From positions 186,001 through 237,579 of the forward strand of contig CAZCME010000006.1 in the NCBI GenBank assembly GCA_964499705.1: DNA of 51,579 bases, given 5' to 3'. Positions within the stretch are counted from its first letter, which is position 1; the number at the start of each line of letters is the position of its first letter. The notes under the pieces were generated by a model. That model ran no database searches, was not told the DNA's origin, and saw nothing but the letters and a program-made list of their open reading frames with translations. The DNA comes from an uncultured bacterium (lineage in GTDB: Bacteria > UBA8481). The translations under genes and the position numbers were made by a program. Shown piece after piece: positions 28,093 through 37,970 of the stretch.

Positions 28093-28875
28093 CCGATGCG
28101 ACGCGGATCCCGGAGCGATCGTGCGCGCCAGCGGCTCGAGCGGGCGGGAGACGAGCGTGATGAGGTTCCAGAGAGAGGACTTCAACGCGGAGGATGAAGC
28201 CGGCTTGAGCGGTGAGCCGCCGGAATCCGTCACGGCGCGACCGGATCGAATGCGCTCGATAAATCGAAGCAAAGGGAGATATTCGACAGGTTGCTCCTGC
28301 TCGATGATGAGCCCCGCGTCTCTGAATTGCGCCAGCCACCAGGAATAACTCCTCGGCATGACGTGTTGCTGCCAGGAGATGCCCGGCTTGTCGAGCAGCT
28401 CGATCAGCAGAATTCGACCTCCGCTTTTCGTGACGCGAATGAGTTCCCCCAGGGCGATTTTCTGGTCGGCAATGTGCTGCAGGACCGTGATCGCCATGGC
28501 AAGCTCGAAGGATTCGTTGGCGACAGGTAGACGAAGAGCGCTTGCCAGCGCGTCGGCGCGCGACGCGGGCGCAATATCGAGCCCGCATGTTCTCCACCCT
28601 CTCGCCTCCAGTCGCCGCAACCAGCGCGCACGCCCGCATCCCACCTCCAGGACGCGGCCCGGCACAAGCGATGATACCGCCTCTTCGAACGCTTGTGAGA
28701 AGATGCGGTCGACGAGCCGGTTGAAAGCACGCGGCAACGCCGGGTAGTTCACAGCAGCCAGATCGTCCTCGGTCGCCGCGTGAACTCGTTGCCAATATTC
28801 TTCTTTGTGAGTCAGGGGGACATTCTCCAACATTCCAACATTGAGGATAGGGAAGTTGCGTGAATTATACGTCAT
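28069..28875 (-). CDS. Class I SAM-dependent methyltransferase
   Basis: VLEVGCGRAR, GLDIA, LPVANESFE..VLQHI..RVTKSGG; start uncertain because the first ~20 codons lie in an inverted-repeat element. Confidence 0.85.
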   Translation of the reverse strand: MTYNSRNFPILNVGMLENVPLTHKEEYWQRVHAATEDDLAAVNYPALPRAFNRLVDRIFSQAFEEAVSSLVPGRVLEVGCGRARWLRRLEARGWRTCGLDIAPASRADALASALRLPVANESFELAMAITVLQHIADQKIALGELIRVTKSGGRILLIELLDKPGISWQQHVMPRSYSWWLAQFRDAGLIIEQEQPVEYLPLLRFIERIRSGRAVTDSGGSPLKPASSSALKSSLWNLITLVSRPLEPLARTIAPGSASHRLFLLRKP

Positions 28876-28926
28876 GAAATCTCCAAGTCCATTATTCTGA
28901 ATGTTGGAATGTTGGAGAATGTCCCC
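28816..28926. repeat. 111-bp element with perfect 27-bp terminal inverted repeats (REP/MITE-like)
   Basis: ggggacattctccaacattccaacatt (28816-28842) and aatgttggaatgttggagaatgtcccc (28900-28926); AT-rich interior. Confidence 0.85.
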
Positions 28927-28927
28927 T

Positions 28928-30025
28928 TTAATGCGCCAGGGATTGGGTGCCGATCGATTCGAGATTCTTCAGGCCGGCGCGCGTGAGACGATAGCCGGAA
29001 TCCGTCACTTCGACGAGGTCGGCGTATTCGAGAGGAGCGACGACCCGGGCGAGCCTCAAGCGGGACCAGCCGAAACGATGCGCGAGATCGTACGCCGGCT
29101 GGGGCGCGGCATCTTCCTTGAGATGGAGCATCAGGAGTTGACCTGCCAGCCGAAGCGCCAATCGGCGATGGCGCAGGGCGCGGGCCACGAGACCCTGGGG
29201 CGAGAAAAGAAGAGCGAGCAGAAAACAGAAACCGGCGACGGCGGCCATCGCGCCGGCGATGGAGCAGTTCCAGTTATGAGCGACCTCGTAGCCGGCAACG
29301 GCGGAAAAAATGCCGATGCCGATGGACAGGAGGAGCATGGCGGAAAGGCGTGTCGTGAAAAGATATGCGGTGGCCGGGGGAACGATGAGCATCGCGACGA
29401 CGAGGATCGCGCCGACGGCTTCAAAGGAGCTGACGACGACGACGGATACGGACGTCATGAGAACGTAATGCATTAGAACGGGAGAAAATCCCAGCGACGC
29501 GGCGAGCTCGGGATCGAAACTCGTGATCTTCAATTCCTTGTACAGAAGCGCGACGACAAACGCGATCAGGAGCATCGTGGTTCCCGTCACCCAGAGGGCG
29601 CGCGGGCCGAGATCGTGATTCCAGAGCGTCAGCGTGTCCCATGGCGTGTAGGCGATCTCGCCGTACAGGACGCAATCGAGATCCAGGTCGACCTGCGCCG
29701 CATAGCGGCTGATGAGAATGACGCCGATGGAGAAGAGCGCGGGAAAGACGACGCCGATGGCGGCATCCTCCCTCAGGCGCCTCGTGTTGTTCAGAACGCT
29801 CACGAGAAAGACGGTCAGGACACCGAGGCATCCCGCGCCGACGACCATCGGGAGCGCGGCGCGGCTGTTGGTGAAGAGAAAGGCGAGGACGATTCCCGGG
29901 AGAACGGCATGGCTGATCGCGTCGCCCAGCAGCGCCATCTTCCGGAGAACAAGAAAACATCCGACCATCGCGCAGCCCGTCGCGACGAAGGAACCGACGA
30001 GCATGATGACGACTTCCGGACTCAT
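28928..30025 (-). CDS. Mn/Zn/Fe ABC permease (TroD/MntD-like) with a C-terminal winged-HTH-like extension
   Basis: LRKMALLGDAISHAVLPG, EDAAIGVVF, YKELKITSFDP, VGAILVVAMLIVP; tail ..LVEVTDSGYRLTRAG. Confidence 0.92.
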   Translation of the reverse strand: MSPEVVIMLVGSFVATGCAMVGCFLVLRKMALLGDAISHAVLPGIVLAFLFTNSRAALPMVVGAGCLGVLTVFLVSVLNNTRRLREDAAIGVVFPALFSIGVILISRYAAQVDLDLDCVLYGEIAYTPWDTLTLWNHDLGPRALWVTGTTMLLIAFVVALLYKELKITSFDPELAASLGFSPVLMHYVLMTSVSVVVVSSFEAVGAILVVAMLIVPPATAYLFTTRLSAMLLLSIGIGIFSAVAGYEVAHNWNCSIAGAMAAVAGFCFLLALLFSPQGLVARALRHRRLALRLAGQLLMLHLKEDAAPQPAYDLAHRFGWSRLRLARVVAPLEYADLVEVTDSGYRLTRAGLKNLESIGTQSLAH

Positions 30026-31305
30026 GATTGTCCCTGCCCCGACCGACGGCGCGGAGGAATCCTCCTGCCGTGCGGATCGAATTGCGGATCGCCCATCTTC
30101 TTCGCCAGGTCGTCGACCACGTCGTCCGAGAGCACGTGTTCCATCGCCTCGGCGTCGCGGTGGAGATGATCGAGCGGCAGCGCGAGATTGCTGGAGAGAT
30201 AGACTTCCCACAGGCGATGATTCCGGACAACGCGTTCCGCCTCCGCAAGCCCTGATTCGGTCAGCCGGAATTCGTCCGTGCCTCGCTCGATCAGCCCGTC
30301 GCGGACGAGCGGCCTGACGTTCTCGATCATGTCGCGGTGCCCGCGTCCACGCAGACCCATGAGCGACGGGGACGAGACGAACGCGCCGGTTTCACCCGAC
30401 CGCTCCGCCATCAGGAACATGTCCTTCAGCAGATTTTCGCGCCGGATCCGATCGCGCACCTTATGATCCCGCAGCCGGGCCCAGAGAAGTCCCCGCTCCG
30501 GAGCGAAGAGCAGCGACACGACGAGCACGGCGCTGGAGACGAGAACGATCATCGGGCCCGTCGGCAATCGTTCCGCCGTCGCACTCGCGACCGCACCCAC
30601 AGCGCCGGAAAGCCCTCCGATCGCTCCGGCGAGAATCACCATGATGGAGAGCCTTTCGGTCCACTGCCTTGCGGCCGCGGCGGGCGTGATGAGCGTGGCG
30701 ACCATGAGGACGACTCCGACCGTCTGCAGTCCCACGACCACGATGATCACGAGGAGGCATGTCAGAAGGATCTCCAGGCGGCGTACTGGATACCCGAGGC
30801 TCTGGCCGAAACCCGGGTCGAAGGAGATCAGCTTGAACTCCTTGAATCCGGCCGCGACGATGATCAGAGCCACGGCGCCGAGGATCGCCATCAGCTTCAG
30901 ATCCTCTTCCACGAGGGTCGCGGCCTGGCCGAAGAGATACTTGTCGAGCCCGGACTGGTTGCCGCCGGTCATCTTCTGGATCCGCGTCAGGAGCACAATA
31001 CCGAGACCGAAGAAGACGGAGAGAACGATGCCGATGGCGGCATCCTCCTTGATCTTGGTCCACCGCACGACGAAGAGGATGAACAGGGATCCGGTGACAC
31101 CCGCGGCCAGAGCGCCGAGCAGCAAGGGAAGCGGCGCCTTCGTTCCGGTCAGGATATAAGCGATGCAGACTCCGGGCAGCGCCGCATGAGCGAGCGCGTC
31201 GCCGAGGAGGCTCTGGCGCCGGAGAAACGCAAAGCTGCCGAGAACGCCGCCGCTGACGCCGAGCATGATGGAGCCCAGCAGGACATTCTGGAGCGTGTAG
31301 GTCAT
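30022..31305 (-). CDS. Mn/Zn/Fe ABC permease (TroC/MntC-like) fused to a DtxR/MntR-like repressor domain
   Basis: [28 protein letters not shown]-terminal [29 protein letters not shown]. Confidence 0.92.
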   Translation of the reverse strand: MTYTLQNVLLGSIMLGVSGGVLGSFAFLRRQSLLGDALAHAALPGVCIAYILTGTKAPLPLLLGALAAGVTGSLFILFVVRWTKIKEDAAIGIVLSVFFGLGIVLLTRIQKMTGGNQSGLDKYLFGQAATLVEEDLKLMAILGAVALIIVAAGFKEFKLISFDPGFGQSLGYPVRRLEILLTCLLVIIVVVGLQTVGVVLMVATLITPAAAARQWTERLSIMVILAGAIGGLSGAVGAVASATAERLPTGPMIVLVSSAVLVVSLLFAPERGLLWARLRDHKVRDRIRRENLLKDMFLMAERSGETGAFVSSPSLMGLRGRGHRDMIENVRPLVRDGLIERGTDEFRLTESGLAEAERVVRNHRLWEVYLSSNLALPLDHLHRDAEAMEHVLSDDVVDDLAKKMGDPQFDPHGRRIPPRRRSGQGQS

Positions 31306-32129
31306 TCCGGTTCCGTTTCCTTCTGCGTGAAGAGCGCATCGGCGGCCTTGGAGAGAACAGTAAGGCGGCCGCCGTAGGTCTTGTGGAGATTCTCCTGCGT
31401 GAAGGTCGTGCTTACCGGACCCGCCGCGATGAGCCTCATGTTCAGGAGGACGACGTAGTCGAAGTAATCGCTGACCGTCTGGAGGTCATGATGAACGGCG
31501 ACGACCGTCCGGCCGCGCCCGCGAAGTTCCTGCAGGAGCATCAGGATCGCATGTTCCGTCGCGGCATCGACGCCGGCGAACGGCTCATCCATCAGGTAGA
31601 GCCGCGCATCTTCCGCCAGTGCTCGCGCGAGGAAGACGCGCTGCTGCTGTCCGCCGGAGAGCTGGCTGATCTGGCGATGAGCCAGGTGCGCCATATTAAC
31701 CTTGTCGAGACACGCGCGCGCGATTTCGCGATGTTCGCGCGACAATCGCCGCAGCCAGCCGACGCGGCCGTAGAGCCCCATGCAGACGACATCGATGACG
31801 CTCGTGGGAAAATCCCAGTCGACGCTCTCGCGCTGTGGCACGTATCCGACCCACGAACGGCGCTGCGTGTAGGGAGCGCCGAAGACCTTGATCCATCCGG
31901 TCGTCGGCTTCACGAGCCCCAGCGCCGCCTTCAGGAGCGTGCTCTTGCCCGCGCCGTTGGGGCCGACGATAGCGATGAGCCGGCCTTCCGGCAGCGCGAC
32001 ATCGATATCCCACAGAACAGGCTGCGACCGGTAGGCGACGGTCAGGTCATGCACTTCCAGCGCGGGCTCGCCCGCGTGCGTATAGATCGATTCCGCGCCG
32101 ACCGGTTCCGTGACGGAGGACCCGTTCAT
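31302..32129 (-). CDS. Metal ABC transporter ATPase (TroB/MntB-like)
   Basis: [40 protein letters not shown]. Confidence 0.95.
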   Translation of the reverse strand: MNGSSVTEPVGAESIYTHAGEPALEVHDLTVAYRSQPVLWDIDVALPEGRLIAIVGPNGAGKSTLLKAALGLVKPTTGWIKVFGAPYTQRRSWVGYVPQRESVDWDFPTSVIDVVCMGLYGRVGWLRRLSREHREIARACLDKVNMAHLAHRQISQLSGGQQQRVFLARALAEDARLYLMDEPFAGVDAATEHAILMLLQELRGRGRTVVAVHHDLQTVSDYFDYVVLLNMRLIAAGPVSTTFTQENLHKTYGGRLTVLSKAADALFTQKETEPE

Positions 32130-33058
32130 CTGAGCGCATTCACGATCGTGTTGACGTTGGCGCGCACCATGCCGATGTAGGTTCCCTCTGCCGTTCCAGC
32201 CTCGCCCATCGCATCGGAATAAAGCTGGCCGCCGATGGCCACCTCGTGCCCCTTCGCGCGGCAGGCCGCCTGGACAGCCTCGATCGATTTGCGCGGGACG
32301 CTCGACTCGACGAAGATCGCCTTGATTTTCCGGGAGACGATCGTATCGACGACCCGTTCCACATCCTTCAGACCCGCTTCCGAGACGGTGCTGATGCCCT
32401 GGAGCCCGAGCACCTCCATGCCGTAACGGCGGCCGAAGTACCCGAAGGCGTCGTGGGCTGTTATAAGCACGCGCTGCTCGGGCGGAATGGTCGCGATCTG
32501 TTCGAGCACCCACGAATCCAGCGCGATCAGCTCGGCACGAAGCTTCTCCGCATTGGCCTTGAACACGGCCGCCTGCCCGGGCACAAGCGCGGACAATTCC
32601 CGCTCGATGGGCGTCAGCGATTTTTCCCAGAGGCTGACATCGAACCAGATATGAGGATCGTAATGCCCGGCGAATTCCGGCGGTTCTCTCAGCTGGTCCT
32701 GCGGTATTTCCTCGCTGACGGCCACGACCTGCCTTCTGCGGCTCATCTTGACGAAGATGTCCCCCATCTTTCCTTCCAGGTTCAGGCCGTTGTACAGGAC
32801 AAGCTGAGCCTCGTCCAGTTTCCGGACATCTCCTTCGCTGGCCTTGTACAGGTGCGGATCGACTCCGGAGGCCATGAGCCCTTCCACGTCGGCATGCTCC
32901 CCGGCGATCCGCTTCGCGACGTCGGCGATCATCCCGATCGTGGCGACGACCTTCGGCTTGCCTTTCGCCTCGCCGCCGCCGCCGGGTGCCGCCGACTGTC
33001 CGCAGGCCGCCACCACGAGGGCCACAATGACTCCACTTATTCCGATCCTTCGCTTCAT
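32126..33058 (-). CDS. Metal ABC substrate-binding lipoprotein (TroA/MntA-like)
   Basis: Lipobox VAAC; DPHLY, DPHIW, HDAFGYF, YSDAMG; SD GAGGTG. Confidence 0.95.
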   Translation of the reverse strand: MKRRIGISGVIVALVVAACGQSAAPGGGGEAKGKPKVVATIGMIADVAKRIAGEHADVEGLMASGVDPHLYKASEGDVRKLDEAQLVLYNGLNLEGKMGDIFVKMSRRRQVVAVSEEIPQDQLREPPEFAGHYDPHIWFDVSLWEKSLTPIERELSALVPGQAAVFKANAEKLRAELIALDSWVLEQIATIPPEQRVLITAHDAFGYFGRRYGMEVLGLQGISTVSEAGLKDVERVVDTIVSRKIKAIFVESSVPRKSIEAVQAACRAKGHEVAIGGQLYSDAMGEAGTAEGTYIGMVRANVNTIVNALR

Positions 33059-33071
33059 AAATAACACCTCT

Positions 33072-33111
33072 CTAATTACCCTATAGTAATTAGCGGGAGG
33101 TGGATCGTCAA
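33072..33111 (-). promoter_or_regulatory. Promoter of the metal ABC operon with an 8-6-8 palindrome over the -10 box
   Basis: Minus strand TTGACG(33111-33106)-17 bp-TACTAT(33088-33083); CTAATTAC-N6-GTAATTAG at 33072-33093. Confidence 0.75.
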
Positions 33112-33155
33112 GGGGTGATATTCGCCCTCGGTAGGTCCCCATTCACAAAACCTGA

Positions 33156-33261
33156 AACCACGAACCACACGAAAAACACGAAATTTTTCGGGGAGAAGTG
33201 TTGTTTTATCCCATCGATATGCATTTATCGCGTTTTCGTGTGGTTCGTGTGGTTCGCGGTT
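33156..33261. repeat. Inverted-repeat element built from 9-mer units (28-bp arms, 25/28 match)
   Basis: aaccacgaaccacacgaaaaacacgaaa (33156-33183) ... tttcgtgtggttcgtgtggttcgcggtt (33234-33261). Confidence 0.8.
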
Positions 33262-33301
33262 AAGATTCTTCAGTCAGGGGACTTCTGATTCGCTCCCCTT
33301 T

Positions 33302-33991
33302 TCAGGAGCGCTTATCCAGCTCCGCGGTCACGATCCAGGACATTTTCGACAGGAGGGTCTTGTCCATGAACAGTTGCTCCAACGACATCCAGATCGAGCG
33401 GAATCGTCCCTCGCGAAGAATCGCCGCGGGAGGAAAAAGATAATGGGTATGCCAGGAGCGGACATGAAAGAAACGTGACAGATGCTCGCGCAGGATTGCT
33501 TCATCATACCAGTGCGCAAGGTTCGCGTAGCGGCGTGAGCAGAATCGCCAGGCGGCCAGCATGGGATTTCCGGCAACGGGTTCCACAATCGCCATCCGCC
33601 CCGCATCCTTCATGATCCTCCCCAGTTCCGGCAGGGCGCGCGGAAGATCGAGGAACATGAGGACGGAGAAGACCGAAATCCTGTCGAAGCGGCGGTCGCG
33701 AAAGGGAAGGCGGTGCGCATCGGCGACGACATGATGGGCTCCGCTCGTCCGCGCGCGCGCGCGCAATAACGCCTCGTGCGAGAGATCGACCGCGACGACG
33801 CGCGCGCCGCGACGAAGAAGCGCTTCCACGGATGCTCCCCCGCCGATCCCGATATCAAGCGCCAACACCGATGCGAGAGGTTCCAGCATGTCGAGCGCGT
33901 CCCGATCCGCTTCCAGCCGGCGCCGGCTGTCCCGATCGATCCCGCCCGATTCCGTGCGCCAGACACGGTCATAGAAGGAACGAACGGTCAT
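33302..33991 (-). CDS. Class I SAM-dependent methyltransferase
   Basis: ALDIGIGGG, VAVDLS, VADAHRLPFRDRRFD. Confidence 0.88.
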   Translation of the reverse strand: MTVRSFYDRVWRTESGGIDRDSRRRLEADRDALDMLEPLASVLALDIGIGGGASVEALLRRGARVVAVDLSHEALLRARARTSGAHHVVADAHRLPFRDRRFDRISVFSVLMFLDLPRALPELGRIMKDAGRMAIVEPVAGNPMLAAWRFCSRRYANLAHWYDEAILREHLSRFFHVRSWHTHYLFPPAAILREGRFRSIWMSLEQLFMDKTLLSKMSWIVTAELDKRS

Positions 33992-34003
33992 GATCGGCTC
34001 TCG

Positions 34004-34789
34004 TCAGGAGAGAAATGATCCGTCCCGGCGGACGGCATTTTCGGCGTAGCGGAAGAATCCATGGCCCGCGATGCAGAAGACGATCGCCAGGAAGAGCATC
34101 GCTCCTCCCGCCCTCAGGGGAAGAGCGTGCCCGATGAGAATCGTCCGGGCGGCATCGATGGCGTGCGTGGCGGGTATGAGGCCGGAGAGCATCTGGAGCG
34201 GGACGGGCAGCAGCGCCACCGGGAAATAGACGCCCGAGAGAATGGCGCCGCCGCCGCCGAAGAGCGAGACCAGCCGGCCCGCGCGCCGGACACGCAGATC
34301 CAGTCCCGTCTGCAGAAGACCCAGTCCGATGCCGGCGAGTCCCGAGAGGAGAAAGACGGGAAGAAGCATCACAAGCGCCTCCGGGGGGCAACGCCAGCCG
34401 AGGATGAACGGGACGAGGAGGATGAATCCTGTCCGGGCGAGAGCCAGCAGGGCGAAATACAGGGAGGACGCCAGGAGATAAACTTCCATCGACGGCAACA
34501 GGAGAATGATCGTTTCGAACGTCCCGAAGCTCATCTCCATCATGAGCGCCGCCCGCGGCGCGGACGCGAGCGTCCCGATCCAGGTGTAGATCCCGATCCC
34601 GATCACCGTCATCGTGAAATAATCTCCCCCGGGAACGAACTCCGGCGGGATCATCTTCCCCACGTAGAAGATCGCGACGAAGATGAGCATCATCGAGATG
34701 AGATTGAAGATGAAGGAGAATCGATACGAGAGTTTGCCGGCGAATTCGCGCTCGCCGATCGCGTGAACCACCGCGAAAAATCGCTTCAT
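34004..34789 (-). CDS. ABC-2 type exporter permease
   Basis: About 6 TM helices; EMSFGTFE, SGVYFPVALLP..LIPATHAIDAAR. Confidence 0.88.
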   Translation of the reverse strand: MKRFFAVVHAIGEREFAGKLSYRFSFIFNLISMMLIFVAIFYVGKMIPPEFVPGGDYFTMTVIGIGIYTWIGTLASAPRAALMMEMSFGTFETIILLLPSMEVYLLASSLYFALLALARTGFILLVPFILGWRCPPEALVMLLPVFLLSGLAGIGLGLLQTGLDLRVRRAGRLVSLFGGGGAILSGVYFPVALLPVPLQMLSGLIPATHAIDAARTILIGHALPLRAGGAMLFLAIVFCIAGHGFFRYAENAVRRDGSFLS

Positions 34790-35550
34790 GACCTGTCCAG
34801 CGAGTGCATCGGCGACGGCATTCCCAAAGCTCGAAGCCGGCGCGCTTGTTCGATGCCTTCAACGGCGCCCGTTGAAATCAATTCCCCCTCGCCCATGATC
34901 GCATACCGCTCGCACACGGCGATCAGTTCCGGATCGTGCGTCGCCACCAGAATCGCCGCTCCGGTCTGCGCGCGCAACGTGTCGATGGCGCGGCGAACCT
35001 GCTCGCAACCCGAGGCGTCCATGGACCTCGTCGGTTCGTCCAGCAGCACAAGTTCCGGCTCGCCGACGAAGGCGCGCGCCAGGGCCAGCCGCACCTTCAT
35101 TCCCGTGGAGTAGGTCCAGACCGGTTCATGCACATCGGCGGATTTCAATCCCAGCATCCCGCACGCGGGCTCGATCACCTTCGGATCGATTCCGGCGAGG
35201 CGCGCGAAGAAACGGAGGTTCTCGTAACCGGACAACCGCTCGTAGAACTGGCGCTCGTTCGAAGCCACATGATTGACGCGCCTGGCATGCCTCCGGATCT
35301 CCCCGGAATTCGGCAGCAGAATGCCCGCGGCGAGTCGCAGCAGCGTCGTCTTGCCGGAGCCGTTGGCGCCGGATATGGCGCAGAGTTCTCCCCTGCCGAG
35401 CGAAAAGCTTACCTTCCGAACGGCAACACGGTCGTTCACTTTCGCGAAGGGTCTCCGGAGATTTCTCCGCCCCTTGAATATTTTCGAAACGTCGATCAGC
35501 TCGACCGCCCTGGTCGCGATCATGGCGATGCCCTGTTCCGAGAGACTCAC
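34786..35550 (-). CDS. ABC exporter ATPase
   Basis: GANGSGKTT, YSTGMKVRL, LLDEPT, VATHD. Confidence 0.92.
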   Translation of the reverse strand: MSLSEQGIAMIATRAVELIDVSKIFKGRRNLRRPFAKVNDRVAVRKVSFSLGRGELCAISGANGSGKTTLLRLAAGILLPNSGEIRRHARRVNHVASNERQFYERLSGYENLRFFARLAGIDPKVIEPACGMLGLKSADVHEPVWTYSTGMKVRLALARAFVGEPELVLLDEPTRSMDASGCEQVRRAIDTLRAQTGAAILVATHDPELIAVCERYAIMGEGELISTGAVEGIEQARRLRALGMPSPMHSLDRS

Positions 35551-35972
35551 CTGGAATTCGCGAGCGCGGTTCCGCTCATGGCGGGCCGGCGCGCGATTTC
35601 CGCCTCGATAATCTCCTGCTCGTTCTTGAAATATTTCTTCCAGTACTTCTTCTTCTGCTCAAGGAGGAGTTCATCCGGCGCATGGCGGCAGATAAGCCAG
35701 AGCTCCCGCAGCTTGGGCGGGAGATCCGCAGGGGGAGTATCATGGCGCGGCGCGGACGAAGAGGCGGGCGCGGAAGTTACGAGCGAAGGAGGCATGCGCG
35801 CCGGAGCAGGAGCGAAAAGAAGGGCCAGGTCCGGCAGAGCAGACGCGCTGACCCAGGCATCCGAGCCCTCGACGCAGACCTGCGACTCCCTGGTGAGGTT
35901 CAGGCCGCGAAGCTCCTCCGGAGCGAACGGGCCTGCCACGGCATCATTCAGCCAGGCGTAATACCGAGTCAC
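35547..35972 (-). CDS. GYF_2 (DUF4339)-like domain protein
   Basis: YYAWLNDAVAGPFAPEEL..LTRESQVCVEGSDAWVSA..LPDL; GTG overlaps the dxs stop. Confidence 0.7.
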   Translation of the reverse strand: MTRYYAWLNDAVAGPFAPEELRGLNLTRESQVCVEGSDAWVSASALPDLALLFAPAPARMPPSLVTSAPASSSAPRHDTPPADLPPKLRELWLICRHAPDELLLEQKKKYWKKYFKNEQEIIEAEIARRPAMSGTALANSR

Positions 35973-37927
35973 ACCGTGACGAGGGGCGCTGACGGCGAAG
36001 GAGTATCGATACCCAGGCGAGCCTGCTCCATGAGCGTGCGCTTCAGATCGTCCGGCGCCATCCCGAGATCGCGGCGGACAAGCTTCGGGGCTCCGTGCTC
36101 GACGAATACGTCGGGAACGCCGATCCGACGGACGTCGCACTTCACGCCCGCGTCGGCCAGTACTTCGAGAATGGCGGAACTGGCGCCGCCCATCAAGGCG
36201 CCCTCTTCATAGGTCACGAGCCGGCCGACTTCCGCGCCCAGGCGTTCGATGAGTTCCTTGTCGATCGGCTTGACCCATCGCATGTTCACGACGCCGATGG
36301 AAAGATCCGCTTCCTTTTCGAGCTGCTGCGCGACGTCGAGCGCCTCGAACACAAGAGGACCGAAGGCGAGCACGTACGCGTCGCGCCCCTCGCGCACGAT
36401 CTCCGCCTTTCCCTCGAGGATGGGAGACGAAAGTTTCTCCACGCCCGCGATCGTGCCGCGGGGAAAGCGGAGCGCCATCGGGCCGGCTGCGCCTATGCCG
36501 ATATGCATCATCTCGCGCAGCTCGCATTCGTCCTTCGGCACCATCAGTTTCATGTTGGGAATCATCCGGAGGTAGGCCATGTCGAAGACGCCCTGGTGCG
36601 TCTCACCGTCGTCGCCGACAATGCCTCCGCGATCCAGCGCGAAGAAGACAGGCAGCTTCTGGATGCAGACATCGTGGATGATCATGTCGATCGCGCGCTG
36701 CAGGAACGTGGAATAGATGGCCACGACAGGTTTCAATCCGCCCGCCGCCATCGCCGCGGAACAGACGACCGCGTGCCCTTCCGCGATTCCCACGTCGTAC
36801 GTGCGCTCGGGATATTTCTGCTTGAACTTGTCGAGCCCGGTTCCCGAGGGCATCGCGGCGGTCAGGGCGACAATGAGGGGATCCTTCGCCGCCATGGCCA
36901 TCAGTTCCTCCGCAAAAACGGTGGTCCATTGCGGCAGCACCTTGCCGCTGTCCTTGTCGGGCGTGACCTTGCCCGTGGACGGATCGAACCCGGCCTTGGC
37001 AGCGTGCCCCTTCTCGGGATGCTCCACGGTCCAGTCGAATCCCTTGCCCTTCGACGTCACAACGTGCAGCAGGACCGGCCGCCGGATCTCCTTGATCTGC
37101 TCGAGAATCGGGATGAGCGCTTCGAGATTGTGCCCCTCGATCGGACCGTAGTACGTGAAGCCGAGTTCCTCAAACAGGACGCTGGGAAGGACGAGATGCT
37201 TCAATCCTTCCTTCAGGCGCGTCGCCTTCTCGAAGAGGACGCCGCCCAGCTTGGACAATTTCTTCAAGTGCATGTCCTTCAGGGAATCGTCGACCTTCGT
37301 GCAGAGATCCTCGATGTGCTCCTTCACGTTGTGATAGAGAGGAGCAGTCAGCAGGCGGTTCAAGTAGGACGAAAGCGCACCGACGTTCTCCGCGATCGAC
37401 ATGACATTGTCATTGAGGACAACGATGATGTCCGTCCCGAGATCGCCCGCGTTGTTCAAGCCTTCGAAGGCGAGGCCGCCGGTCATCGCGCCGTCGCCGA
37501 TCACGGCGACGACCTTCTCATCGCCGCCCTGCTGATCGCGGGCGATGGCGAATCCGAGCGCGGCCGAAATCGAAGTCGACGCATGGCCCGCTCCGAACGT
37601 GTCGTATTCGCTCTCGGAGCGCTTCAGGAATCCCGCGGTCCCCTTGTAGGTCCGCAGCGTCTTGAACCAGTCGCGACGGCCGGTGATGATCTTGTGCGCG
37701 TAAGCCTGGTGGCCGACATCCCAGACGATCTTGTCCTTGGGAGTATTGAAGACCTTGTGGAGGGCCAGGGCCAGTTCCACGGCGCCGACGGGGCCGCCGA
37801 AGTGGCCTCCGTTGACCCTGACGACCTCGGCGATGTAGTCGCGGATCTCCCCGGCAAGTTGTTCCAATTGCGGGATCGTGAACTCACGGATATCGGCGGG
37901 GTCGTTGACAGAATCGAGCAGTTTCAT
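35969..37927 (-). CDS. dxs: 1-deoxy-D-xylulose-5-phosphate synthase
   Basis: GGHFG, WDVGHQAYAHK, GDGAMTGG..LNDN, DVGIAEGHA, IYSTFLQR, DGETHQG. Confidence 0.98.
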   Translation of the reverse strand: MKLLDSVNDPADIREFTIPQLEQLAGEIRDYIAEVVRVNGGHFGGPVGAVELALALHKVFNTPKDKIVWDVGHQAYAHKIITGRRDWFKTLRTYKGTAGFLKRSESEYDTFGAGHASTSISAALGFAIARDQQGGDEKVVAVIGDGAMTGGLAFEGLNNAGDLGTDIIVVLNDNVMSIAENVGALSSYLNRLLTAPLYHNVKEHIEDLCTKVDDSLKDMHLKKLSKLGGVLFEKATRLKEGLKHLVLPSVLFEELGFTYYGPIEGHNLEALIPILEQIKEIRRPVLLHVVTSKGKGFDWTVEHPEKGHAAKAGFDPSTGKVTPDKDSGKVLPQWTTVFAEELMAMAAKDPLIVALTAAMPSGTGLDKFKQKYPERTYDVGIAEGHAVVCSAAMAAGGLKPVVAIYSTFLQRAIDMIIHDVCIQKLPVFFALDRGGIVGDDGETHQGVFDMAYLRMIPNMKLMVPKDECELREMMHIGIGAAGPMALRFPRGTIAGVEKLSSPILEGKAEIVREGRDAYVLAFGPLVFEALDVAQQLEKEADLSIGVVNMRWVKPIDKELIERLGAEVGRLVTYEEGALMGGASSAILEVLADAGVKCDVRRIGVPDVFVEHGAPKLVRRDLGMAPDDLKRTLMEQARLGIDTPSPSAPLVTV

Positions 37928-37970
37928 TTTTTCTCCGTACCAGGCAAGCCTGCGGGGATCGCGCGGCGCC

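Noticed and set aside
33156-33261. Repeats considered as a CRISPR array
   Set aside because: They are short tandem units arranged as an inverted pair, with no unique spacers and no cas genes
33276-33302. Hairpin agggga...tcccct-ttt as the terminator of the methyltransferase gene
   Set aside because: The T-tract is on the plus strand, opposite to local transcription, and the stem is short; kept only as part of the repeat observation
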